Origin: Patescibacteria group bacterium
GTDB lineage: Bacteria; Patescibacteriota; Minisyncoccia; 2-02-FULL-40-12; GWA2-44-9
DNA length: 64,000 nucleotides
Assembly: GCA_038064515.1 (NCBI GenBank)
Contig: JBBTSY010000007.1
Coordinates: forward strand, 18,249 to 82,248
Reading direction: 5' to 3'
Below the pieces are notes generated by a model. It made no database searches. It was not told the origin of the DNA and was given only the letters and a program-made list of their open reading frames with translations. Both the position numbers and the translations under genes were made by a program. Within the stretch, counting starts at the first letter, position 1; each line of letters starts with the position of its first letter. Positions 10,201-20,788 of the stretch are shown piece by piece.

Positions 10201-10896
10201 TTATGCCCATTTTTTATTCTGAAGGGCGTCTTGAGCGGCGCGCTGTTGGGCATCCTGCTTCGAGGGGCCCTCGCCTACCCCCGCTTGATCCTTACCTAGG
10301 AAAACGCCAACTTTGAAGTTGCGAGCATGGTCGGGACCCCACTCCTCAATAACTTCATACGTCGGCGTAATTCCCAGACGTTCTTGGGCTTCTTCCTGCA
10401 ATACGCTCTTAGAATCGCGATAGGAGCCTTCTTTAATGATCGTCGTCAGCTTCACAAGGATAAAGTGCGCAATAAATTTCCGAGCCGCCTCGTAACCTTG
10501 ATCAAGATAAATTGCTCCGATGAGCGCCTCCATGGCATTCGCAAGGATATATTGCCGAGCGCGACCAGTATCCTTTGCCTCCCCTTTTGAAAGGAGTAGA
10601 AACATATTCAGATCAAAATCTTGTGAAATCTGCGCAAGTGTATTGGCATTCACGAGCGCGGCGCGCCAATTCGTTAACTCTCCTTCCGGGTTTGGATAGT
10701 TGGCATAAAGATATTCCGTTACCACTAATTCCAAAACGGCATCGCCGAGAAATTCAAGGCGCTCGTTCTGATCCAACCCCCAATCAGGAGTTTCATTGAG
10801 ATAGGATCGATGAGTCATCGCCTGACGGGCGAGATCCTTATTCTTAAAAACATAATCAATACGTGACTCTAGTTCAGAGAGTAGATCTTCAGTCAT
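10201..10896 (-). CDS. rnc: ribonuclease III
   Basis: NERLEFLGDAVL signature plus dsRBD. Confidence 0.97.
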   Translation of the reverse strand: MTEDLLSELESRIDYVFKNKDLARQAMTHRSYLNETPDWGLDQNERLEFLGDAVLELVVTEYLYANYPNPEGELTNWRAALVNANTLAQISQDFDLNMFLLLSKGEAKDTGRARQYILANAMEALIGAIYLDQGYEAARKFIAHFILVKLTTIIKEGSYRDSKSVLQEEAQERLGITPTYEVIEEWGPDHARNFKVGVFLGKDQAGVGEGPSKQDAQQRAAQDALQNKKWA

Positions 10897-10956
10897 CTAT
10901 TTCCAGAGCGTTCAGAGTCCAGTACTTCGCATAGGCGCAGTACTCAACGCTAAAAG

Positions 10957-11457
10957 CTACTGTTCACTTGATACTTCTTTACCCGCATCTTCGCTGTCTT
11001 CATCGCGCTTCATTTTCGGCGCATCATTTTTACCCGGCTCGCCTATCTCGCGATACACTGTACCGAGAACGCCATTCACGAATTTTCCGGACGATTCCCC
11101 TCCGAAGGATTTTGCCAGCTCAATCGCTTCATTAATAGCCACCTTAGGCGGCACCTCGCTCCGATCCCCGAAAAGCAGTTCAAACAGTCCAACACGAAGG
11201 ATATTGCGATCCACGATAGCAATCTGCTCCAACGGCCACTGGGGCGCCGCCTTGGTGAGAATCGCATCAATCTGGTCAATGTGCTGGATGACGCCGGCCA
11301 CAATTCGACGGATAAAACCGGTATCTTCCAAACCGGAAGCAAATTCGGCAATATTTCGCTCAACGATATCGGCAAGATTACTCATGAGCCTGCCCGTAAA
11401 GTCCCACTCGTAGAGGGATTGCATGGCTACTGATCGAGATAAATGACGTGAGGCCAT
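10957..11457 (-). CDS. nusB: transcription antitermination factor NusB
   Basis: [24 protein letters not shown]. Confidence 0.96.
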   Translation of the reverse strand: MASRHLSRSVAMQSLYEWDFTGRLMSNLADIVERNIAEFASGLEDTGFIRRIVAGVIQHIDQIDAILTKAAPQWPLEQIAIVDRNILRVGLFELLFGDRSEVPPKVAINEAIELAKSFGGESSGKFVNGVLGTVYREIGEPGKNDAPKMKRDEDSEDAGKEVSSEQ

Positions 11458-11473
11458 ATCTTAGAGAACCCGA

Positions 11474-11698
11474 CTATGCTCGCTGTTGATGGCGCTGTTT
11501 TTCTTGACGCTTTAGTTCTTTATCAAGAACATTAACGACTTCTCGGCCTTTGTAGTATCCGCATGACTTACATACGATATGCGGCAAAACCGCCTTCTTG
11601 CAGTGAGAGCATGTGGTAATACTTTGAGCCTTAAGCGCTAAATGGCTTCGGCGTCGACCCTGACGGCCTTTTGATAAATGATGTCGTGGTACTGCCAT
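11474..11698 (-). CDS. rpmF: 50S ribosomal protein L32
   Basis: MAVPRHH start at 11698; CSHC/CKSC zinc ribbon, GYYKGR. Confidence 0.95.
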   Translation of the reverse strand: MAVPRHHLSKGRQGRRRSHLALKAQSITTCSHCKKAVLPHIVCKSCGYYKGREVVNVLDKELKRQEKQRHQQRA

Positions 11699-11888
11699 AA
11701 AATAACCCAAGAACTCTACCATGAAAGTAAAATTTGCGCAATCTTTCACAGCTTTCAGAAAGTTGTCCACATTGTGTGAGATTTTTGATTATTTTAATGC
11801 GCGCGCCAAGGAACTGCGGGCCTTTCTCGCACTTATTTGGTCGAATGCGTTCAGACAGTGTAGAATGAGGTGTCACCATATTGAGCTC

Positions 11889-14800
11889 ATGAAATTTACC
11901 CACCTACATACGCACAGTCACTATAGCCTTCTTGATGGTCTTTCCCGCATCGACGAGCTCGTCAACCGCGCTAAAGAGCTAGAGATGGACTCGCTCGCTA
12001 TAACTGATCACGGCGTTCTTTACGGAGCGATTGAATTTTACAAAAAAGCAAAAAAAGCGGGCATCAAACCGATCATCGGTTGCGAGATGTACGTCGCCGA
12101 CGGTAGCCGCCACGACAAGCGTCCCGGTATTGATGACAAGCGTTTTCATTTGGTCCTTCTGGCGAAAAATCAAGTGGGCTACAAAAATCTCATTAAGCTT
12201 GTTACTGCCGCGCATCTGGAGGGTTTCTATTATAAGCCACGTATTGATAAAGAGATTCTCCGTCAGCACTCTCAAGGACTAATTGCGCTTTCGGCATGCT
12301 TGGGCGGCGAACTTTCGCGGGCTCTCCATGCGGAAAATTACGAGAAGGCAAAAAGTATCGCGCGCGAATACCAAGAGATATTCGGCCCAGATAATTATTA
12401 CATCGAGATTCAACAGCATCCCAATATTCCCGAACAGAACACCGTCACGCCTCGGCTGATTACCCTCGCTCGCGAACTCGGATTGCCGCTAGTCGCCACG
12501 CAAGATTCCCATTATACGCACAGCGACGACGCCCACGCCCATGATGTGCTCTTGGCGGTTCAAACGGGAAATAAACTGGATGATAAGGATCGGCTTAGCA
12601 TGATCCAGGATAATTTTGCCCTCTTAAGTCAGGATGAGATGTATGAAAAGTTTAAAGTCCACGACAACACCGCCATCCAAGAAGCATTTGAAAACACCAA
12701 TAAGATCGCGTCGATGTGCAATTTAGACATCGAACTCAATAAAACCCTCTTGCCGGCCTTCCCTCTGCCTGATGGATACACCGAAGCGTATGACTATCTA
12801 AAAGAACTCTCTTATCGGGGTCTCAAAAAACGGTTCGGCGACAATCCCACGCCCGAAGCCATTGAGCGGCTTGAATATGAACTCGGGGTTATTAAGCAGA
12901 CGGGCTTTTCTTCGTACTTCCTAATCGTGCAGGATTTTGTAAACTGGGCCAAGAATAACGGCATTGTTGTCGGTCCGGGCCGCGGTTCCGCCGCCGGCGC
13001 TCTCGTATCATATCTTCTCAATATCACCAATATTGATCCGCTCAAGTATAATCTCCTCTTCGAACGGTTTCTCAACCCGGAACGCATATCAATGCCTGAT
13101 ATTGATTTAGATTTTGCCGACTATCGCAAAGATGAAGTATTGAAATACGTTTCTGAAAAATACGGTCAGGATCATGTAGCCCAGATCATCACCTTCGGCA
13201 CTATGGCTGCCCGAGGCGGCATCCGCGACGCCGGCCGAGCATTAGGATTTTCTTATGATTTCTGCGATCGCGTGGCCAAGATGGTGCCGAACAACCCGAA
13301 CATGAACGACAAGAGCGGCTTCCTAAAAAAGTGCATTGAAAATGTCGCCGAACTTAGAGAAGCATATACCAGCAATGCGGATGTAAAAAAACTTGTCGAT
13401 ACGGCCATGAAACTCGAGGGCGTGGCTCGGCACTCCTCTACGCACGCATGCGCTGTCGTTATTACGCCTCTTCCACTCACTGAATATGTCCCCCTCCAGC
13501 GCGATAGCAATGACGGTAATCTGATTACGCAATACGAAATGCACGCGATCGAAGATTTGGGACTTTTAAAAATGGATTTCCTGGGATTGGCAAACCTTTC
13601 GATTATCGAAGATACGCTCAACCTTGTTCGCCACAATCACGGCAAGATAATCGATATAGATACTATTCCGCTCGATGACTCCAAATCATTCAAGCTCCTG
13701 CAGACCGCTAAAACCACCGGAGTTTTTCAACTGGAGAGTTCGGGCATGAAGCGCTATCTCAAGGAGCTCAAACCTACGGAGATTGAGGATATTATCGCCA
13801 TGGTTTCGTTATACCGTCCTGGCCCAATGGACCTTATCCCCGATTACATCGCCCGCAAACACAAAAAACAGGCAGTTCAATTCCTCTACCCAACACTCCA
13901 GCCTGTCTTAAAAAATACCTACGGCATCATGGTCTACCAGGAACAGCTTATTGAGGCGGTACGCGTACTCGCCGGTTTCACGCGTCCGGAAGCCGACGTG
14001 TTGCGCAAAGCTGTCGGTAAAAAGATCAAATCACTTTTGGATGAGCAGGAAGGTAAATTTAAGTCCGGCTGTGAGAAGGTCGGCACTCCTTCGACAATTG
14101 CCAATAAATTCTGGGAACTCGTGGAACCATTCAACCGCTATGCTTTTAACCGATCCCATGCGGCTTGCTATGCTATGATCGCGTATCAGACTGCGTACCT
14201 TAAAGCCAACTACCCGCACGAATTCATGGCGGCGTTCATGAATAGCGAAACGGGCGACGTGGAACGCATCGCTTTTCTTATTGATGAATGCAAAGATATG
14301 GGCATCAACGTTCTCGCTCCGGATATCAACGAAAGTTACGAACGATTTACCGTAATAGCGCGTAGCGAGAAGCCGGCCATCCGCTTCGGATTGACTGCCG
14401 TTAAAAATGTCGGCGAGCATATCGTAAAAAATATCATTCAAGAGCGCAAAGCTTCGGGACCCTATAAAAACATTGAGGACTTCGCGACCCGAGTCCACGG
14501 CAAAGATTTAAATAAAAAATCGCTAGAGAGCCTGGTGCGTTGCGGGGCATTCGATGCTTTTGGTGAGCGCAACATGCTCTTGGCCAATCTCGATCATCTT
14601 CTGAACTACGCCCGCGAAAAACAGAAAAATTCTTCAATGGGACAAGTCAGCCTCTTCGGCGATACGGCCGAGGCCTTGCCACCGCTGACCCTTGTCGCCG
14701 CTCCTGCCGTACAGAAATGGGAAAAACTGATGTGGGAAAAGGAACTTCTAGGCCTCTTTGTCTCCGAACATCCGCTTAGTGAATATGAATCAACACTTCG

Positions 14801-15113
14801 ATTGGAAAAAGTAACCGCCATCAAGGACTTAAATAATATGACCGCTACGGCCAAGATTGGCGGTGTCATCACCAGAACCCAAAAGATCATCACCAAAACC
14901 GGTAAACCAATGATATTCACTTGGCTCGAGGATATGAGTTCAAAGATTGAAGTTGTAGTCTTCCCGAATGTGTTGGAGAAATACCCTGATGCCTGGGGTG
15001 AAAATCAGATTGTCGTCATGCGCGGCAAGGTCAATGAGCGCGACGGTACGCCAAAATTCATGTGTGATTCCATTAAGCCGATTGCCACTCTTAGCGCTGT
15101 CGCTCCCGCATAA
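11889..15113 (+). CDS. dnaE: DNA polymerase III alpha subunit
   Basis: True start MKFTHLHTHSHYSLLDG at 11889; PGRGSAAG, MPDIDLDF, FNRSH. Confidence 0.98.
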   Translation: MKFTHLHTHSHYSLLDGLSRIDELVNRAKELEMDSLAITDHGVLYGAIEFYKKAKKAGIKPIIGCEMYVADGSRHDKRPGIDDKRFHLVLLAKNQVGYKNLIKLVTAAHLEGFYYKPRIDKEILRQHSQGLIALSACLGGELSRALHAENYEKAKSIAREYQEIFGPDNYYIEIQQHPNIPEQNTVTPRLITLARELGLPLVATQDSHYTHSDDAHAHDVLLAVQTGNKLDDKDRLSMIQDNFALLSQDEMYEKFKVHDNTAIQEAFENTNKIASMCNLDIELNKTLLPAFPLPDGYTEAYDYLKELSYRGLKKRFGDNPTPEAIERLEYELGVIKQTGFSSYFLIVQDFVNWAKNNGIVVGPGRGSAAGALVSYLLNITNIDPLKYNLLFERFLNPERISMPDIDLDFADYRKDEVLKYVSEKYGQDHVAQIITFGTMAARGGIRDAGRALGFSYDFCDRVAKMVPNNPNMNDKSGFLKKCIENVAELREAYTSNADVKKLVDTAMKLEGVARHSSTHACAVVITPLPLTEYVPLQRDSNDGNLITQYEMHAIEDLGLLKMDFLGLANLSIIEDTLNLVRHNHGKIIDIDTIPLDDSKSFKLLQTAKTTGVFQLESSGMKRYLKELKPTEIEDIIAMVSLYRPGPMDLIPDYIARKHKKQAVQFLYPTLQPVLKNTYGIMVYQEQLIEAVRVLAGFTRPEADVLRKAVGKKIKSLLDEQEGKFKSGCEKVGTPSTIANKFWELVEPFNRYAFNRSHAACYAMIAYQTAYLKANYPHEFMAAFMNSETGDVERIAFLIDECKDMGINVLAPDINESYERFTVIARSEKPAIRFGLTAVKNVGEHIVKNIIQERKASGPYKNIEDFATRVHGKDLNKKSLESLVRCGAFDAFGERNMLLANLDHLLNYAREKQKNSSMGQVSLFGDTAEALPPLTLVAAPAVQKWEKLMWEKELLGLFVSEHPLSEYESTLRLEKVTAIKDLNNMTATAKIGGVITRTQKIITKTGKPMIFTWLEDMSSKIEVVVFPNVLEKYPDAWGENQIVVMRGKVNERDGTPKFMCDSIKPIATLSAVAPA

Positions 15114-15121
15114 TAAAGTAG

Positions 15122-15149
15122 GCCGCCCCTGATGTAGCACTGGGGCGGC
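15122..15149. terminator. hairpin between convergent genes
   Basis: GCCGCCCC...GGGGCGGC inverted repeat after the dnaE stop. Confidence 0.6.
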
Positions 15150-15151
15150 GG

Positions 15152-15421
15152 TCACTGGTTCTCGATCTTCTTCAGGCCAGCGAGAGTCTTACTCACCAAA
15201 AATGTCATCTGGCTGATCTCCATTTCGCTCAAGTCTCTTTGCATTCGGTGGATGTTGAGCACTTCTCGATAGAGTCTCGCCGCATCATTTATGATCTCTC
15301 GCTGCCGGCTTTTATCGCCTCGCGCGTAGCGAGACAAAACCTTAACGAAAGTCTTAATGTCTTCGGCGATTTCCTCTCGAAGCTGGTCGAAAGTAGGTGT
15401 TTTCGCGACAGCCATAGGCAC
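15152..15421 (-). CDS. hypothetical protein
   Basis: 89-aa ORF filling the gap; GAAAGGAGG Shine-Dalgarno-like sequence at its start. Confidence 0.6.
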   Translation of the reverse strand: MPMAVAKTPTFDQLREEIAEDIKTFVKVLSRYARGDKSRQREIINDAARLYREVLNIHRMQRDLSEMEISQMTFLVSKTLAGLKKIENQ

Positions 15422-15535
15422 CTCCTTTCAGCGTAGGCTGTAGGTCCTAGTTAAACCATACCATTCTCTCGCATAAAATCAAAAAAGGACGAATCCCTTT
15501 ATTTCTAAAGGTTATTTTGATATCCTGAAAACACC

Positions 15536-17254
15536 ATGAATCAGCTTGAAGCAAAGCGTCACTCGCTTGCCCATCTGCTTGCCGCGGCTGTTTTAGAATT
15601 GTACCCCGACGCCCAACGCGCCATCGGTCCCGCAATCGATAACGGTTTTTACTACGACATAAAATTCGCAACGCCCATCTCTAATGACGATCTTCCAAAG
15701 ATCGAAGCCAAGATGCGCGAGATCTTTTCCACTTGGAATAAATTTGAAGGAAAGGAAGTGGATAAGGAAACAGCGCTTAATACTTTCAAGGGCAACCCTT
15801 TTAAACAAGAACTTATTGATGAGATCGCAGACAAGGGTGAAAAACTGACCCTTTATACTTCCGGTTCTTACGTCGATCTATGTCGTGGCGGCCATGCTGA
15901 AAGCATGAGCCAAATCAAGCCTGATTCGTTCAAGCTCTCCCACGTGGCAGGCGCGTACTGGCGCGGCGATGAAAAAAACATGATGCTGACTCGCATCTAC
16001 GGGCTGGCATTCGATACAAGAGAAGAGCTCATGCAGTATGAAATAATGATCGAGGAAGCCAGAAGACGAGACCATAAGATTCTTGGACCCCAATTAGAGC
16101 TTTTTATGTTTCATCACACCTCCCCGGGGATGCCGTATTGGTTGCCCAAAGGAGTTATTCTCTATAACGAACTTGTGCGCTTTTGGCGAGAGGAGCATCA
16201 GCAAAAGGGATACCAGGAAATTGTTTCGCCAGTGCTCAATAAAAAAGAACTCTATATTACTTCCGGGCATTACGATCATTACTGGCCGGATATGTTTGTA
16301 GCAGATATGGGAGAAAATGAGGTATACGGAGTAAAGGCGATGAATTGCCCCAATGCAATGGTGGTATTCGGCTGGAAAGGACGAAGTTATCGCGACCTTC
16401 CCCTTCGCCTCTCGGATACAGATCCTCTCCACCGTTATGAGCGCTCGGGTACTCTCAATGGTTTGCTTCGTGTGCGGGAATTCCGTCAAGATGACGCCCA
16501 TATTTTTGTTACGGAAGAGCAGATCGGAGATGAATACAAAGAGGTTTTTAAAATCGTAGAAAGATTCTATTCAATTTTTGGCATGCAATACTCCTTCCGA
16601 CTCGGCACACGCCCAGAAAAATTCATGGGCGACGTTGAAACTTGGGATAAAGCAGAACAAACTCTTCGTGAGATACTTGCTGAAAGCGGAAAAGGATATA
16701 CAGTTTTGGAAGGAGATGGCACTTTTTATGGCCCAAAGGTAGATATCCTCATGAAAGATGCCATTGGCCGCGAGTGGCAGATGGGAACGGTTCAACTTGA
16801 TTTCCAGCAGCCTCGTCGATTCAATTTGGGATATACCGCGGTAGACGGAAGCAAGAAAACCCCTGTTGCCATACATAGAGTCATCTACGGGTCGCTGGAA
16901 CGGTTTATCGGCATCATCATTGAACACTTCGCTGGCGCATTTCCCGTCTGGCTTTCTCCCGTCCAAGTTTCGATACTTCCCATCACCGACAAGCAAAATA
17001 ACTACGTCCAAGAGGTGGCAGATCAGTTGCGCTCTGCCGGCATCCGCCTAGAAATAAGCTCCGACAATGAAACAATTGGCAAAAAGATTCGTTCGGCAGA
17101 GATAATGAAGATTCCTTACTTCTTGATTATCGGCCAGAAGGAACAGGATGCACATACCGTTGCTGTTCGTCAGCGCGGTAAGGGGGATCTCGGACCAATG
17201 AATATCTCAGAATTTATTAAGAAAATAAAAACCGAGAGCGAAACCCGCAGTTAA
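15536..17254 (+). CDS. thrS: threonine--tRNA ligase
   Basis: RHSLAH, DLCRGGH, RDHKILG, MNCP, FYGPK, GSLERF. Confidence 0.97.
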   Translation: MNQLEAKRHSLAHLLAAAVLELYPDAQRAIGPAIDNGFYYDIKFATPISNDDLPKIEAKMREIFSTWNKFEGKEVDKETALNTFKGNPFKQELIDEIADKGEKLTLYTSGSYVDLCRGGHAESMSQIKPDSFKLSHVAGAYWRGDEKNMMLTRIYGLAFDTREELMQYEIMIEEARRRDHKILGPQLELFMFHHTSPGMPYWLPKGVILYNELVRFWREEHQQKGYQEIVSPVLNKKELYITSGHYDHYWPDMFVADMGENEVYGVKAMNCPNAMVVFGWKGRSYRDLPLRLSDTDPLHRYERSGTLNGLLRVREFRQDDAHIFVTEEQIGDEYKEVFKIVERFYSIFGMQYSFRLGTRPEKFMGDVETWDKAEQTLREILAESGKGYTVLEGDGTFYGPKVDILMKDAIGREWQMGTVQLDFQQPRRFNLGYTAVDGSKKTPVAIHRVIYGSLERFIGIIIEHFAGAFPVWLSPVQVSILPITDKQNNYVQEVADQLRSAGIRLEISSDNETIGKKIRSAEIMKIPYFLIIGQKEQDAHTVAVRQRGKGDLGPMNISEFIKKIKTESETRS

Positions 17255-17946
17255 AAGCCTTCGACAGTATATTTTGTCTCAACAAACGCAAACGCAGAAT
17301 TCAAAATAAGTTTAAGCGATTCTTCTACCCCGTCAAAGAGCGTTGGAAGTTTGAAAATTTCCTCTTTAGTCATCCAGCAGTTTTTGCCTCCAGGAAACTC
17401 ACTATGCAATCCTCCAGAAACATTATCGACACGGACAGTAAAAAAATACTTGTCATCGAGTAATTCCCCGCTCGCCGAATAATCCATTTTGTGCTTAACC
17501 GCAGAAAGCCGAAGATCTCCCTCTAATCCAGTCTCCTCCTCCAATTCCCGAGCCGCCGCTTCAAGCACTGTTTCACCGCGCTTAATTTTCCCCGTAATAA
17601 AACCATGATATCCATAGTATGGTTGTTTCAATCTCTGTTGCACAAGATACTTTTCTCCCTGCGTCGCTACGACGAGAACGCCTATTTTTGCTTGCATTTC
17701 AAGCGCGACAACCTTACTATCAGTATCTAGTCGGCCGGCATAATCTTTTCCGGGAATCGTAAGTCGATAAGTACCTTCTACCGTTTTCTCTATAAGTCCA
17801 AGCTCAACCAACCGTTTGAGATGAAACGTAAACTGATCATTAGGCATTTTTGAAATGTTGAGATCTGAAAAGCGCGCATCGTGAACAAACATAAGTTCCT
17901 TCAGAATATCTGCTTGTATCTTGTGTAAATCTCCGATATTAGTCAT
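17251..17946 (-). CDS. wHTH-NUDIX hydrolase
   Basis: N-terminal FHLKRL wHTH; Nudix box GKIKRGETVLEAAARELEEETGL. Confidence 0.85.
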   Translation of the reverse strand: MTNIGDLHKIQADILKELMFVHDARFSDLNISKMPNDQFTFHLKRLVELGLIEKTVEGTYRLTIPGKDYAGRLDTDSKVVALEMQAKIGVLVVATQGEKYLVQQRLKQPYYGYHGFITGKIKRGETVLEAAARELEEETGLEGDLRLSAVKHKMDYSASGELLDDKYFFTVRVDNVSGGLHSEFPGGKNCWMTKEEIFKLPTLFDGVEESLKLILNSAFAFVETKYTVEGF

Positions 17947-18004
17947 ATGGGCTATCCTAGACGACCGCGTGCAAGAAGTCTAGTGAAGTCCACTTAACCG
18001 AATT

Positions 18005-19000
18005 GTGGATATGAAGTCGCATCCCAAACTCATTGTTATCATTGGACTAACCGCATCTGGAAAATCAGATCTGGGGATTTTTCTTGCCCTTCGACTAAGC
18101 TCAGGGCGAGCCCAAAAAGAATTCAATATCAAAGGTGTTGAAATCATCTCGGCCGATTCGCGCCAAGTATACCGCGGCATGGATATCGGCACCGGCAAAG
18201 TAACGAAACAAGAACAAAGACTAGCTCGCCACTGGATGCTCGATATCGCTTCTCCTACCCGCCAGTATTCGGTTGCGCGGTTCAAACGCGAAGCACAGAG
18301 GACAATCCGTAACATCACGCGCCGTGACAAACTTCCTATTATCTGTGGCGGCACTGGATTCTGGATCGATACACTGGTGTACGACCTATCACTGCCGCCC
18401 GTGAAGCCAAACGCGAAACTTCGCGCGCAATTGCGTAAACTCCCGACAACACAGCTCTACACACGCTTGAAAAAGCTCGATCCTGTGCGCGCCGCAACCA
18501 TTGATAGGTATAATTCCGTCCGCCTCATTCGCGCTCTGGAAATCGTGATGACGACCGGCAGACCCGTGCCCACTCAAGTTCACCTGCTTGCCGGCGAGAC
18601 AGGAAGTGAAAAGTTCAAAGTAAAAAGTAGATGGGAAGTGCTCTATCTGGGAATAAGTATCCCGAAGGAGAAGCTTGTCCGGCGCATTGAGAAACGATTA
18701 GATGCTCGGTTGAAGCAAGGTATGATTACCGAGGTACGCCGTCTGCATATCGACGGTGTTAGTTGGAAACGTCTGGAATCGTTCGGCCTCGAGTACCGCT
18801 GGGTCACGCGCTTTATCAGACATGAAATTACGCGCGCGCAAATGCGCGACAGGCTCCTGCATGACATCATTGTCTACGCCAAACGTCAGATGACGTGGTT
18901 TAAGCGGAACAAAGATATCCATTGGCTCAACGCTTCGGCAGGCTCGACACAAGCCAAAAGCCAGGCACTTGGCCTGGTTCAGAAATTCCTGAAATCTTAG
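18005..19000 (+). CDS. miaA: tRNA dimethylallyltransferase
   Basis: GLTASGKS, SADSRQVYRGMDIGTGK, YAKRQMTWF. Confidence 0.96.
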   Translation: MDMKSHPKLIVIIGLTASGKSDLGIFLALRLSSGRAQKEFNIKGVEIISADSRQVYRGMDIGTGKVTKQEQRLARHWMLDIASPTRQYSVARFKREAQRTIRNITRRDKLPIICGGTGFWIDTLVYDLSLPPVKPNAKLRAQLRKLPTTQLYTRLKKLDPVRAATIDRYNSVRLIRALEIVMTTGRPVPTQVHLLAGETGSEKFKVKSRWEVLYLGISIPKEKLVRRIEKRLDARLKQGMITEVRRLHIDGVSWKRLESFGLEYRWVTRFIRHEITRAQMRDRLLHDIIVYAKRQMTWFKRNKDIHWLNASAGSTQAKSQALGLVQKFLKS

Positions 19001-19194
19001 GCAATTTCCGTGCCCTCGGGGGCTTGCCGTGTTTCTTCTTCGCGCCGCATTCGTTCCTGATCTAAGGCTTCCCTTTCTTTTTCTTGATTCACGTGCTTCG
19101 TAGCTTCCTCTCGAAGATCCTGGTTGGCCGTATTCGGATCAGGACGCTGATTATAGCTCGCAAGTGTTGCCCATATTTTCTTTAAAAATGGCAT
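18997..19194 (-). CDS. small hypothetical protein
   Basis: Starts 1 nt after the gatB stop; charged helical sequence. Confidence 0.5.
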   Translation of the reverse strand: MPFLKKIWATLASYNQRPDPNTANQDLREEATKHVNQEKEREALDQERMRREEETRQAPEGTEIA

Positions 19195-19195
19195 A

Positions 19196-20680
19196 TTATG
19201 ATAATTTATTTTTGATAATTTCCTGCACGACCTGAGGATTCGCTTTGCCTTTCGATCCGGCCATCACTTTGCCAATCAAAAACTTCAGCGAAGCTTCTTT
19301 GCCTTTTTTATAGTCCCTCACTGCTTGTGAATTTTCGGTAATAACCCGCTCAACTATAGCACCGAGCACTCCAATATCCGATACCTGCGCCAAGTCTTTC
19401 TGCTGGACGATTTGATCGGCCGTTAATCCCGTCTCAAACATTTCTTTTAATACAATTTGAGCCGCGCTGGAAGAAATAGCATTATGGAAAATAGCGACCA
19501 CCAACTCGGCAAATGATTCCGGCTTGATCTTTGTCTCCTCGGGACTGGCTGATACTTCGCTGGCCATACGACTTAACTCCGTCATGATGTAGTTTGATGC
19601 CAGTTTCAGGAGCTTTGGTTCATGCTCTTTGGCCGGCCGCTCCAGGTGCTTTAAATTATCAAATGCTAAGAGTTCGCTGGCTACCTTTTCAAAGTAGTTG
19701 CCCAAGGCCTTGTTCAGCGTGAAAACTTCCACGTCTTTCTCGGAAAGCCCGTACTCTTTTTTAAATCGTTTACGGCGACGCGAAGGCAGTTCTGGCAATT
19801 CATTACGCACTGCTTCAATCGCCGCGTCGTCAAAAGACAACGGCGGCAAATCCGGTTCCGGAAAATAGCGATAATCGGCAGAACCTTCTTTGATGCGCTG
19901 ACTGACTGTTTTATTGTTCACGTCATCCCAGCCGCGTGTTTCCTGAACGATCTTCTTTCCCGCATCCAAGAGTTCCGATTGACGCCGAATCTCAAATTCG
20001 ACCGCTTTTCCGGCCGCGCTGATTGAATTGATGTTTTTAATCTCGACTTTTGTACCTAAAACATTTCCTTCCGGTCGCACGGAGATATTCACCTCCACCC
20101 GCATCTGACCTTTCTCCATATCCGCATCGGAGGCACCCAGGTATCGCATAATAAGCCGCAATTCGGAAGCAAACGCGATAACATCTTGAGCTGTTTCAAG
20201 ATCAGGCTTTGTGACAAGCTCCATGAGGGGCAATCCGGCTCGATTAAAATCTACGAGCGTGGCGTCTTTTTCATGTGCCAAGCGTCCCGCGTCTTCCTCG
20301 AGATGAATCCGTTCAATCCGAATCCGCTTTGTTGCTTGTAGCTTGTTGCTTGTTGCTATATCTAAATGGCCGTCATAGCAGAGCGGTTTGAGATACTGTG
20401 AAATCTGATAGCCTTTCGGGAGATCGGGATAGAAATAGTTCTTGCGTTCGAAGAAAGTGTTCTTTTCGATTGAACAGTTGAGCGCCAAGCCAACCATCAT
20501 GAGCTTATGGATTGCTTCGGCGTTGATGACGGGCAGTGTGCCGGGATGGCCCATACAGACCGGGCAGACGTTAATGTTGGGATGCTTTTCATCCGGATCA
20601 TTGAGCGAATCGCAAAACATCTTGGTTTTGGTATTGAGCTCCACATGGACCTCTAATCCAATAGTCGGAATGTATTGCAT
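19196..20680 (-). CDS. gatB: Asp/Glu-tRNA amidotransferase subunit B
   Basis: IGLEVHVEL, YFYPDLPKGYQISQ, HLEEDAG, YRYFPEPDL. Confidence 0.97.
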   Translation of the reverse strand: MQYIPTIGLEVHVELNTKTKMFCDSLNDPDEKHPNINVCPVCMGHPGTLPVINAEAIHKLMMVGLALNCSIEKNTFFERKNYFYPDLPKGYQISQYLKPLCYDGHLDIATSNKLQATKRIRIERIHLEEDAGRLAHEKDATLVDFNRAGLPLMELVTKPDLETAQDVIAFASELRLIMRYLGASDADMEKGQMRVEVNISVRPEGNVLGTKVEIKNINSISAAGKAVEFEIRRQSELLDAGKKIVQETRGWDDVNNKTVSQRIKEGSADYRYFPEPDLPPLSFDDAAIEAVRNELPELPSRRRKRFKKEYGLSEKDVEVFTLNKALGNYFEKVASELLAFDNLKHLERPAKEHEPKLLKLASNYIMTELSRMASEVSASPEETKIKPESFAELVVAIFHNAISSSAAQIVLKEMFETGLTADQIVQQKDLAQVSDIGVLGAIVERVITENSQAVRDYKKGKEASLKFLIGKVMAGSKGKANPQVVQEIIKNKLS

Positions 20681-20788
20681 AATGGTTTAGCCTAGCATTT
20701 TTTTTTGCGATAAAAAAGAGTTTGACGATCACTTAAAACATGGTAGCATAGCCCTGGTTTCTTACGTTCTTCGACAATTTCGACAATC

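Noticed and set aside
11721-11888. N-terminal extension of dnaE and extended rpmF
   Set aside because: Conserved starts are at 11889 and 11698; the interval is a divergent intergenic region.
20329-20358. Heptamer tandem repeat in gatB as a contingency locus
   Set aside because: Only about four degenerate units, frame intact, in an essential gene.
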